From a virus (Duplodnaviria > Caudoviricetes), in IMG/VR virus record IMGVR_UViG_3300020416_000009, positions 1 to 52,372 of that record: 52,372 nt of DNA. One strand, given 5' to 3'. Made by a program: the position numbers and the translations under genes. Within the stretch, counting starts at the first letter, position 1. The number at the start of each line of letters is the position of its first letter. Positions 39,212 through 46,496 of the stretch are shown in pieces. Under the pieces are notes generated by a model. That model was given only the letters and a program-made list of their open reading frames with translations, ran no database searches and was not told the DNA's origin.

Positions 39212-39573
39212 TATTCATGTTCTCCGCCGGGATCACCGTCATCTAATTTTACTTTTTGCCCGTTTACATACATGTTCTGTCTTGCTCTTGGATAACTATG
39301 ATATCCATTTCCTTTTAAGAAAAATCCAGGCTTTCTCTTTGCTGTTTCAAATGTAGCAACTGTAACGGCAATTGCTGCCAGTAAAATGCAATGTATAAGT
39401 GCTGAAGCTCCAAACATTGCATATGACCCAACCATTGTAGAAAATGCTCCGCACCAAGTCCATGCTAAACATTGCATTATCAAATGGCGAGTTTGTGTAT
39501 CAGGAATATGACGTAATGGATTCTTTTCAGAATTCATTACAGCCTCCCATCTTTCATAAACCCACTGTCTCAT
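39211..39573 (-). CDS. hypothetical membrane protein
   Basis: Two hydrophobic helices after NPLRHIPD. Confidence 0.7.
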   Translation of the reverse strand: MRQWVYERWEAVMNSEKNPLRHIPDTQTRHLIMQCLAWTWCGAFSTMVGSYAMFGASALIHCILLAAIAVTVATFETAKRKPGFFLKGNGYHSYPRARQNMYVNGQKVKLDDGDPGGEHE

Positions 39574-39836
39574 GGGTAAGCAAACTTAGTTACGTTATCA
39601 ACTTTAAATGATCTCCAATCTTGTTTATCGACATCAAAAACTTTGATAACTCCGATTGTAGCTTGAACGCCTTGATCATCATCTTTAGGTTTCTTATCGC
39701 CAGGAATAAGATCTTCTTTGAGAGTGCATTGCATATCTCGTTCTTCTCCATTCACTTTAATAAACCTAACTTGGCAAACTTTTTGCCTTAGCATGTCTAC
39801 CATTTCACTGCGTGGGTAGGGTGTTCCAATTGTCAT
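39570..39836 (-). CDS. WYL-like/Sm-fold conserved T4-like protein
   Basis: F.KVNGEERDMQCTL and VFDVDKQDWRSFK motifs. Confidence 0.75.
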   Translation of the reverse strand: MTIGTPYPRSEMVDMLRQKVCQVRFIKVNGEERDMQCTLKEDLIPGDKKPKDDDQGVQATIGVIKVFDVDKQDWRSFKVDNVTKFAYP

Positions 39837-40195
39837 TAAGTCCTCCTCATTTTGGAATAATCTTCTGGGTTGTCACCTCGGCCAACTGGGACGAGGTTTG
39901 ATTTGTGCATTGTTGCGATGCCGACGATGTAATCTCCTGAATATTTAACTTGAGATTTTTTAGCTGTTGACCCGCATATCCTGTCCGACGTTGGGAGTGA
40001 CGGACGTGATTCTGTATAGTTCGGAATACTATTGACATTTACTTTTGGCTTTCCTTTACGTTGATCAGGATGAGCGCCCATTGAACGAAGCCATGCATCA
40101 TGTTCGGCTTGAGCTTTTTGCCAACCTGGTTGTTTTTTAACTTTACGCTTCTTTGAATTGAGGGAAGACATACCTCTCACTAAATGCATAGTCAT
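39836..40195 (-). CDS. hypothetical protein
   Basis: Basic; C-terminal GIATMHKSNLVPV motif recurring in T4-like phages. Confidence 0.7.
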   Translation of the reverse strand: MTMHLVRGMSSLNSKKRKVKKQPGWQKAQAEHDAWLRSMGAHPDQRKGKPKVNVNSIPNYTESRPSLPTSDRICGSTAKKSQVKYSGDYIVGIATMHKSNLVPVGRGDNPEDYSKMRRT

Positions 40196-40471
40196 TTATT
40201 TTTTATCCTTAAAGTAAGTAGTGTATATGTAATCTAGCTTTCCAAGTTCAGGATGTACTCTTATCCACATGCCTGTATCTGGCATAAAATGTTTTTTAAA
40301 GAAGTTATCCAACTTACGATTACCAGTTTTTTCTTCAGGTTTTATTTTGAGAGCCAACTCATCAAACTCTGCATCGCTCATGATTTGATCATTTTTATAT
40401 TCATAAGCGTATGCAGCTATTGACAACCTGATTCGGTTTCTTATTTCAGGATTAATCCCAGTCATTGTCAT
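40196..40471 (-). CDS. stand-alone NAD-dependent DNA ligase N-terminal (Ia-like) domain protein
   Basis: AYAYEYKNDQIMSDAEFDEL resembles LigA subdomain Ia YY...P.ISDAEYD. Confidence 0.55.
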   Translation of the reverse strand: MTMTGINPEIRNRIRLSIAAYAYEYKNDQIMSDAEFDELALKIKPEEKTGNRKLDNFFKKHFMPDTGMWIRVHPELGKLDYIYTTYFKDKK

Positions 40472-40676
40472 ACCGAGTTGTGTTTCTCATTGTATCGCCG
40501 TAGTACTCATTGGCGTAAGAGGAAGCATCTGTCCAGTGATTCCAATTTTCAGTGCGTTCTTCACCTTCCTTATCCATTTCATCCATAAGGCGTGCTTCAC
40601 GGGCTTGTCTAGCCTTGAACCTAGCGTGAGCATCTTTAATCATTTGTAATCTTTCTTCTTTAGTTTGCATGTGCAA
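40452..40676 (-). CDS. hypothetical early protein
   Basis: GGAG RBS and TTG start directly after an early promoter. Confidence 0.65.
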   Translation of the reverse strand: MHMQTKEERLQMIKDAHARFKARQAREARLMDEMDKEGEERTENWNHWTDASSYANEYYGDTMRNTTRYDNDWD

Positions 40677-40703
40677 TCTCCATCTATGTTTATTTAATAA
40701 TAT

Positions 40704-40787
40704 AATCTACCACATTTCACAGCAAATGTAAACAAAAAAATGCAGCCTAACTGCACTTTTTTTGTAGGGTGTGACATTTTTGTCACA
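40704..40787 (-). promoter_or_regulatory. composite early promoter cassette, copy 2
   Basis: GTTTACA-17-TAGATT, TGCAG-N5-CTGCA, and TGTGAC-N6-GTCACA at 40770-40787. Confidence 0.8.
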
Positions 40788-40788
40788 G

Positions 40789-41016
40789 TTATTTTCCTGT
40801 TGCTGATGGGATTTTGTCTGAAAGATCGGCAAAATTTGCTTCAAGATTTACTTGAGTTCCGCCTATCAATTTTGCCATTGCTTGAATATCGTCAACTAAA
40901 TATTGACATTTGGTTTTATCATATGAACCTGAAGTTTTATATCTTTCACGATGAAGCATTACTGCTTTATCATGTAGTACTGAAATTTTTTCATAAAGTT
41001 CTTCAACGGTTTTCAT
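40789..41016 (-). CDS. hypothetical protein
   Basis: GGAG RBS; 75 aa; directly downstream of the structured RNA. Confidence 0.65.
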   Translation of the reverse strand: MKTVEELYEKISVLHDKAVMLHRERYKTSGSYDKTKCQYLVDDIQAMAKLIGGTQVNLEANFADLSDKIPSATGK

Positions 41017-41038
41017 ATTTTCTCCATAAAATTAAAGT

Positions 41039-41222
41039 GTGTAGGGAGGACTTGGGTTTCACCTCCAACTAGGTCGACAAAGATACCATTCTTCCAATCC
41101 CCTAGAACTTACTTCCACTCGGTAGAGTGATGTGATCCTTAGCCGCTAGGCTTTGAACCTGGGTACCACCCCTAAGCAATCAAGTTACGCCTCTTGGTGT
41201 GACGCGTTTCCTTGCACTACAC
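41039..41222 (-). ncRNA. structured ncRNA, resembling the manA RNA motif of marine phages
   Basis: GC-rich, no long ORF; closing helix GTGTAG/CTACAC and internal helices ACGC/GCGT, CACTC/GAGTG, CTAGG/CCTAG, GGAGG/CCTCC; family name is from memory only. Confidence 0.6.
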
Positions 41223-41248
41223 TATCCGACCCGTCGGCCAAATTCTGT

Positions 41249-41536
41249 GGAGAGATTCTGTTTCCAAGCTCTCTCCTGGCTCAGTACAATTAGGCCGCTA
41301 AGGCGTAATTAACAGGTGCAAAATTATCGTTTGCATTTAGGTTTTGTAGACTCAAACACCAGTCGATCCTATTTCGCCCCCATCATGAATACACTACTAG
41401 TTTTCTTGCAAACTATCCGGAATTGAATCGTACGATGTTTCTATACAATCGTAATGTCTTTCATCCGCGTCCGCAGTGTATTCATGGTGGAGGCGACGGG
41501 TATTGCACCCGTGTCCTGTCTGTCCTCTAACATCTA
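41249..41536 (-). ncRNA. ssrA: two-piece (circularly permuted) tmRNA, alphaproteobacterial type
   Basis: Acceptor piece ends ACGGG-TGCAATA-CCCGT-CGCCTCC-ACCA (CCA end at 41485); coding piece starts GGGGGCGAAATAGGATCGAC (41381); G3-U70 pair; tag 41334-41290 reads ANDNFAPVNYALAA*. Confidence 0.95.
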
Positions 41537-41542
41537 CCATGT

Positions 41543-41550
41543 TATTTATA
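41543..41550 (-). promoter_or_regulatory. T4-type late promoter driving the tmRNA
   Basis: Exact TATAAATA directly upstream of the acceptor piece. Confidence 0.85.
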
Positions 41551-41728
41551 CACCTCCCGTTCGTGAGTTCGACGGTAGTGGTGTATGGTGTGGAACTAAC
41601 CGTGGTCCCACGCGTGCTTATTAAGGAGCAACCCTGTTCCTGTAGATGGGAGAGTATGCAGTCGTTGTATTTCCATCCTGACGCTAACTCGTCTTGTCGA
41701 GTTCCAGTAACACTCCCTGCAACCATCT
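41551..41728 (-). ncRNA. candidate structured ncRNA(s) upstream of the tmRNA
   Basis: GC-rich intergenic stretch with helices AACTCG/CGAGTT, GGGAG/CTCCC, TGCT/AGCA and GTGGGAC/GTTCCAC. Confidence 0.45.
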
Positions 41729-41969
41729 AAAGTATCCTCATAAAATTATCAAAGGTTGTCTTTTCAACTTTTTGTAAGACTGCCTTTGAATGTTTGCAAT
41801 AACCATGGAAAGCAAATCCTTGGCAACTACATTCAAATCCTTCGTCTGTCAATTCAACATCATATTGTTTTCCAGTGCTTCCTTCCATCGGCCAGACGAT
41901 GCCGACATACATATGACCTTTTGGATCAAACCTTGTTGGCATAAGATATTTCTTTTTGTACTTAGCCAT
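41727..41969 (-). CDS. SWIM zinc-finger protein
   Basis: GSTGKQYDV...CSCQGFAFHGYCKH motif; TAATG-coupled start. Confidence 0.8.
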   Translation of the reverse strand: MAKYKKKYLMPTRFDPKGHMYVGIVWPMEGSTGKQYDVELTDEGFECSCQGFAFHGYCKHSKAVLQKVEKTTFDNFMRIL

Positions 41970-42175
41970 TAATAGTAGCTCCAATATTCATTCCAACATC
42001 CTTTGACAACATCACTGGCGATGTCTTTATCAAAGTTTGTTTTAAGATCAAGTTTATCAAACACAAAGCTTTTCACTTCATCAATATGTTCTGATTCTGA
42101 AACTTTTGCTTCAAGACCGTCAATATCGTAAACTTTTTCTTCAATATCCATCATATAGTTCTTTATCTTTGACAT
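41969..42175 (-). CDS. hypothetical early protein
   Basis: GGAG RBS; directly after tandem early promoters. Confidence 0.7.
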   Translation of the reverse strand: MSKIKNYMMDIEEKVYDIDGLEAKVSESEHIDEVKSFVFDKLDLKTNFDKDIASDVVKGCWNEYWSYY

Positions 42176-42208
42176 TTATTTCTCCATCTTTTTTTATTTT
42201 ATGATACT

Positions 42209-42292
42209 ATTCTACCACACTTTTCTGTAAATGTACACCATTAATCTGCAGTTGGTTGCATTTTTTTTATATGGTGTGACATTTTTATCACA
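42209..42292 (-). promoter_or_regulatory. composite early promoter cassette, copy 3
   Basis: TGTACA-17-TAGAAT, TGCA-N6-TGCA, and TGTGA-N8-TCACA at 42275-42292. Confidence 0.8.
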
Positions 42293-42325
42293 GTTGAACT
42301 TATGTTTTAATTTGATCATGATACT

Positions 42326-42354
42326 ATTCTACCACACTTTTATTTGAATGTAAA
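42326..42354 (-). promoter_or_regulatory. early promoter, copy 4 (tandem duplicate)
   Basis: TTTACA-17-TAGAAT; exact 24-bp repeat ATGATACTATTCTACCACACTTTT at 42201 and 42318. Confidence 0.75.
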
Positions 42355-42383
42355 GGAAAAAATGCATCGAAGCCGCACTTTTT

Positions 42384-42391
42384 TATAAATA
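42384..42391 (+). promoter_or_regulatory. T4-type late promoter (TATAAATA)
   Basis: Exact motif upstream of the plus-strand operon starting at 42422. Confidence 0.8.
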
Positions 42392-42421
42392 CAATATAAT
42401 AGGAATGGAAGGAAATTTACC

Positions 42422-42916
42422 GTGATTGATCCAGTAACAGCGCTGGCCACTGCGTCGAGTGCATTTTCCCTTATTAAAAAAGGGTTTTCAGCGGGTCGTG
42501 ATATAGAATCAATGGGTGCCGATCTCGGCAGATGGATGAGTGCCGTAAGTGACATTAAAAAATCTGAAGAGTATAGTAAGAAACCACCATTGTTTAAGAA
42601 ACTATTTGCGGCTGGCTCAGTAGAAGAGGAGGCTTTACAATCGCTTATGGCTAAGAAAAAAGCAGAAGATATGAGAGAAGAACTCAAACAAATCATCTCT
42701 TTTACACGAGGTCCGAGTGCTTGGCAAGAACTTTTAGCAACAGAAGCATCAATAAGAAAGAAGAGACAAGAGGCGATATATGCGCAGGAAGAGCGTAGAA
42801 GAAGACTTATAGAAATCATTGGAGTTACTTTTCTTTGCTTAGTGATTGCTGGCGCCTTAGGTTTTATGGGTTACTTATTCTTAGAAACCAGAGGCTATAT
42901 TAATCCAGCATGGTAG
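42422..42916 (+). CDS. hypothetical protein with C-terminal TM helix
   Basis: GGAAGG RBS; MIDPVTALATAS N-terminus, coiled coil and one TM helix. Confidence 0.75.
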   Translation: MIDPVTALATASSAFSLIKKGFSAGRDIESMGADLGRWMSAVSDIKKSEEYSKKPPLFKKLFAAGSVEEEALQSLMAKKKAEDMREELKQIISFTRGPSAWQELLATEASIRKKRQEAIYAQEERRRRLIEIIGVTFLCLVIAGALGFMGYLFLETRGYINPAW

Positions 42917-43003
42917 AATCCATCTATCATCTATTCGTACCGTGGGATGACTATAACACAATGTGGGTGTGTCTACTCGCGGTATGGGGTTTTGTGAGGT
43001 TAA

Positions 43004-43393
43004 ATGAAAAAATATTACAACATGGTCGGCGTCGTAGTCTTGATGATTTTAATCCCTTCGAGTAATATCGCGTGGTCTGAAACAAAACAACCTAAAAATA
43101 TTTTTCAATGTTTTACCTGCTTTCTTAAAAAACCAAGTGATTGGACATGGGAACAGGAAATACGAAGAGGTGTGAGAGAAGACCCAAAATATATTACTTG
43201 TCGAAGATATAAAGTTGTAAAAACTAAAAGCGGCCAGCAGGTTTGCCTGTACAGAGGTGCCAATGACACATACCAGCTTGTAGTTGAAGGGTTCTGTCCT
43301 GCATCATACAGGTGTAAATATAGTCCTAACGGAAAAGAACCAAATATAGATAGTGTAGTAGATTCATTAAATGATTCGTTTAAAAAGAAATGA
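43004..43393 (+). CDS. secreted Cys-rich hypothetical protein
   Basis: Signal-like N-terminus, six Cys, GAGG RBS. Confidence 0.65.
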   Translation: MKKYYNMVGVVVLMILIPSSNIAWSETKQPKNIFQCFTCFLKKPSDWTWEQEIRRGVREDPKYITCRRYKVVKTKSGQQVCLYRGANDTYQLVVEGFCPASYRCKYSPNGKEPNIDSVVDSLNDSFKKK

Positions 43394-43710
43394 AGTATCA
43401 ATACGAAAACATAATACTTGAAATTGAAGCTCCAAAAGGCTCAGTTATTGTAGACGGAAAGCTTATGTTTAAAGGTCATTCGTATCTTGCAATAAAAGAG
43501 TTTATACGTTTCAGTGGTAATGCTAAGCCTGTAATTCAAAGGTTTAAAGCTCAGCTCAACATGCGTGAGACTCCGAGGTTTGCAGATCAAAAGAAAAAGC
43601 AAGAAGAATATGAAGCAAAGTTACCTACAAAGGAAGAGTTTAAAATGACGTTAAGTCAAACACCTAAGATAGCAAGAAAAAAAGAAAAGTGGAAGGATCC
43701 ATTTAAATGA
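43390..43710 (+). CDS. hypothetical protein
   Basis: ATGA-coupled on both sides. Confidence 0.65.
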   Translation: MKYQYENIILEIEAPKGSVIVDGKLMFKGHSYLAIKEFIRFSGNAKPVIQRFKAQLNMRETPRFADQKKKQEEYEAKLPTKEEFKMTLSQTPKIARKKEKWKDPFK

Positions 43711-43925
43711 TACACGCTTTCTTACTTGTGCTACTAATTGGTGATAAGGAATTAAAGAGAAACCCTATGTATTTCAGAGACATCAATGATTGCAATTATT
43801 TTGCATCAAGAGTTGTAAAAAGATATGGGAACTATCAACATTACTCGATAGTTCCCGATGAACATAAGGCTACTGCATACTGCAAGCCTGTGTGGATTGC
43901 AACTAATACGCCAGGATTATACTAA
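43707..43925 (+). CDS. small two-cysteine protein with hydrophobic N-terminus
   Basis: AFLLVLLIG, YFRDINDC...AYCKP. Confidence 0.7.
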   Translation: MIHAFLLVLLIGDKELKRNPMYFRDINDCNYFASRVVKRYGNYQHYSIVPDEHKATAYCKPVWIATNTPGLY

Positions 43926-44015
43926 TCCTCGTGTTTTAATTCCCAAGGCCAGCTTATGAAGATTGCAATAAGTTTACACATATTTCTATTACCCATAAAG
44001 TTAAAATGATTTCCA

Positions 44016-44543
44016 TTACTTAGCCATTGCACATGCCATTTCGCATGTTTCATTATTTCTACGAGTCCATCCTCTTCCAAATGCGTCAAATGTACTTAAT
44101 GACTCATAAAAATCTTGTCTGACTTTTGTATATTCTTCAATAGTTTCTTTTAGTCCTTCTTTCTTAACATGAGAAGCAACCTTCTTTAATGTGTTTGGAC
44201 CAATTCCGCCATCAACTGTAGTACCAATCATAGCCTGAAGTTTCTTTGCTGCTCGTCCAGGTCCTGAATTTACTGCCCAGTCAAACACTGCAAGATCTAA
44301 ACCTGAAGGTAGATCATCACCCTTTACTTTATCCCAATAACGTGCTTTGTAAAGAGGACCAACTTTTTCAGGTGTAAGAGATCTCATGTCTCTTTCATCT
44401 GCTTCAACCTGTGTCCATTCTTCCCAAACTCGTTTTGTCACTCCAAGATTTGTCATTCCGCCCGGATCTCTAGGATGATTGACATATCCGCCTTCATGAT
44501 GTAATATAGTTTTAAGTGCTTTTTCGAAATTTGCTGCTGCCAT
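44016..44543 (-). CDS. glycoside hydrolase family 108 lysozyme (endolysin candidate) with PG-binding domain
   Basis: HEGGYVNHPRDPGGMTNLGVT, FDWAVNSG, DGGIGPNTL and FGRGWTRR motifs. Confidence 0.92.
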   Translation of the reverse strand: MAAANFEKALKTILHHEGGYVNHPRDPGGMTNLGVTKRVWEEWTQVEADERDMRSLTPEKVGPLYKARYWDKVKGDDLPSGLDLAVFDWAVNSGPGRAAKKLQAMIGTTVDGGIGPNTLKKVASHVKKEGLKETIEEYTKVRQDFYESLSTFDAFGRGWTRRNNETCEMACAMAK

Positions 44544-44553
44544 TTTATTATCC

Positions 44554-44817
44554 TTATGCTGATTTCTTTTTCACATAGTTTGGATTACCCCAAACATGTG
44601 TTGCTTTGACTCGAATAAATCTTTTATTCGTTTCATTTTTATTTGGATTTGGCATGGTTAACATCACGTTTTTGCCTGCTCTCCATGCTTCAAATTTATT
44701 AAACAAAACATTACCATTCTCCAAATACTCTTTACGGACTGCCTTTTTGGTAGCTTTGCTTACGTTTCGTCTTTCACCTTTTGAGGTGTAGCCAGTGCTA
44801 TGTCGTTTTTTTCCCAT
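44554..44817 (-). CDS. basic hypothetical protein
   Basis: SKGERRNV and NPNKNETNKRFIRV motifs; start moved to MGKKR. Confidence 0.65.
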   Translation of the reverse strand: MGKKRHSTGYTSKGERRNVSKATKKAVRKEYLENGNVLFNKFEAWRAGKNVMLTMPNPNKNETNKRFIRVKATHVWGNPNYVKKKSA

Positions 44818-45070
44818 TATAAATCCCCTGTATATAATCTTCAAATTGTTCTACTTTATCAAGACGATTCGGCCAGAGAATATATTCCTTCTCTGGATTT
44901 GCCTTGAGGTTCGTCAAAAGAGGTTGAATAGCGTTATATAGCTTATCCAGTCTTTCTTTCACTTCAGACGCAGTCGACTCCACCGCAGCTGCTGTGCTGG
45001 TGGCTTTTTGTACTGCTTCTAATTCTTCTTCTGTTACGGCTGTAAAGCCAAAATCAAATATTTCTGCCAT
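44798..45070 (-). CDS. hypothetical late protein
   Basis: FDFGFTAV and NPEKEYILWPNR motifs; TATAAATA at 45076-45083. Confidence 0.7.
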   Translation of the reverse strand: MAEIFDFGFTAVTEEELEAVQKATSTAAAVESTASEVKERLDKLYNAIQPLLTNLKANPEKEYILWPNRLDKVEQFEDYIQGIYNGKKTT

Positions 45071-45078
45071 GCAGTTAT

Positions 45079-45609
45079 TTATATATCTTCTAACTTGTAG
45101 ATGGCTGCTTTAAGCTTATCTTTTAAATAATCTAAAGAATCCTTATTGGCTTGGTATCTGATACCGATACCGCCTTTGGCTTCCCATTTTTGAATGTTTG
45201 ATGGTTTATCATCAATCAAAATGTTTGGCATTCCACCGACTGTTTCGGTTGCATAGTTTTCTTTTTGACCTGTGAAGATCAAGTTTTCAATCTTAAGATG
45301 ATCGGCTATGCCGTTCTTTTCAAGCCATCTTCTTTTATGATATGCAGAGTTATCTCTATCACCTCTTAATGGTGATGAATTGATTCCCCATTCTAAATCA
45401 TTTTCTTCGGCAACTTTTCGAACATGGTATACAAGTTCTTGAGTATTTTCGAAAGGAAGTAGTGTATAAAAGAAATCAGTTCCTTTTAATTCTTCAATCG
45501 CTTGAAGTTTATTAGGAATTTGTTTCCAATGCGGTTTTTCAAAGTATTCCGCAAATTTATCAAAGAAGTTTGCAAGAACTCCGTCCATATCTAAATAAAT
45601 TACACTCAT
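45079..45609 (-). CDS. HAD-family 5'(3')-deoxyribonucleotidase-like protein
   Basis: IYLDMDGVLANF and ILIDDKPSNIQKWEAKGG motifs. Confidence 0.85.
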   Translation of the reverse strand: MSVIYLDMDGVLANFFDKFAEYFEKPHWKQIPNKLQAIEELKGTDFFYTLLPFENTQELVYHVRKVAEENDLEWGINSSPLRGDRDNSAYHKRRWLEKNGIADHLKIENLIFTGQKENYATETVGGMPNILIDDKPSNIQKWEAKGGIGIRYQANKDSLDYLKDKLKAAIYKLEDI

Positions 45610-45650
45610 ATTATAAATTCTCCATCGTTATTTTTTTACTTTATATAACT

Positions 45651-45734
45651 AGTATAAACCATTTTTCAGCAGAAGTAAACAAAAAAATGCAGCCTAGCTG
45701 CACTTTTTTCAAGTACTGTGATATAAATGTCACA
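45651..45734 (-). promoter_or_regulatory. composite early promoter cassette, copy 5
   Basis: GTTTACT-17-TATACT, TGCAG-N5-CTGCA, and TGTGA-N8-TCACA at 45717-45734. Confidence 0.8.
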
Positions 45735-45736
45735 CT

Positions 45737-46234
45737 TTAAAATTTACTGAGGTATTTTGCTATATGATGCACAAATGGAAGAAGCATGATAGCCATAAAC
45801 AAGTTCATGCCTGTATGTGCCATTGCAATTCGTAATGTATCACCTTTCGGTATGCCATCGGATACAAAGAAACCTGCCAACCAAATGGTGCCGGTAGTAC
45901 CTATATTTGCACCTAGTACACAAGCAACCGCGGCTGGAAGAGGTAGAGCTCCAGATGCAACTAACGCAATAATTGCTGTAGTTGATAATGAACTCGATTG
46001 CCATGCTAGCGTCATTATGATTCCACCGAAGAACATGTAAATTGGATTTCCTAAAAACCATGTTAGGTGTTCCATATTACCCATAGACTTCATGCCTCCT
46101 GAAAACATTTTTAGTCCTATATAAAATATTACTAATCCTACTAATGCTGTTGTAACCGGATTAGTTAATAACCATTGAACGCTCATATCCATTGTATTCA
46201 CCTTTTTTTGTAGTTGTTTAACTTTCTTTTTCAT
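45737..46234 (-). CDS. Na+/Pi cotransporter-family protein (single repeat)
   Basis: WQSSSLST and VLGANIGTTGT signatures; start moved to MKKKV (ATGA overlap). Confidence 0.85.
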   Translation of the reverse strand: MKKKVKQLQKKVNTMDMSVQWLLTNPVTTALVGLVIFYIGLKMFSGGMKSMGNMEHLTWFLGNPIYMFFGGIIMTLAWQSSSLSTTAIIALVASGALPLPAAVACVLGANIGTTGTIWLAGFFVSDGIPKGDTLRIAMAHTGMNLFMAIMLLPFVHHIAKYLSKF

Positions 46235-46485
46235 ATCTCCTCTCCAGGAGATTCTGCAGGTATAGCAAATTCTTTGATAGTTTTTTCTGTCACGCATGTA
46301 ATCATAGAGGGTTTATCCTCTGGACCAAAATTCTTATATAGAGTTTCGCTTATTGCTGGTATATTTGCAACTGCGTACATCTTACATTCCTGCATTGTTG
46401 CATGAGGTTTAGTGAAAACATATACGTTTTGTGTTCCAAAGACTGGATCCACGAGTGTCATTAGTGCTACTATAAAATATTCCAT
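46231..46485 (-). CDS. small two-cysteine protein with hydrophobic N-terminus
   Basis: YFIVALMTL, HATMQEC...ITCVT; GGAG RBS. Confidence 0.7.
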   Translation of the reverse strand: MEYFIVALMTLVDPVFGTQNVYVFTKPHATMQECKMYAVANIPAISETLYKNFGPEDKPSMITCVTEKTIKEFAIPAESPGEEI

Positions 46486-46496
46486 AATCTCTCCTT

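Noticed and set aside
41039-41245. RNase P RNA interpretation of the structured RNA
   Set aside because: Lacks the GAGGAAAGUCC and AGAACCCGGCUUA P4 signatures and is too short
41660-41685. SRP RNA-like GTCAGG-AT-GGAA-AT-ACAAC segment
   Set aside because: Only a 2-bp stem under the GGAA loop and no AGCAG motif; insufficient support
41397-41730. 109-aa (-) and 84-aa (+) ORFs
   Set aside because: Overlap the tmRNA acceptor piece, its late promoter and structured RNA; no protein motifs
42201-42341. CRISPR-like or att-site reading of the 24-bp direct repeat
   Set aside because: Only two copies, each coinciding with a promoter -10 region; no cas or integrase gene in the window
42340-43401. Minus-strand ORFs 42340..42819 and 43105..43401
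   Set aside because: Antisense to a plus-strand operon that has a late promoter, RBSs and translational coupling
39194-45734. Calling the TGTGA...TCACA palindromes CRP sites
   Set aside because: Spacer is 8 bp rather than the 6 bp of canonical CRP boxes; factor left unassigned
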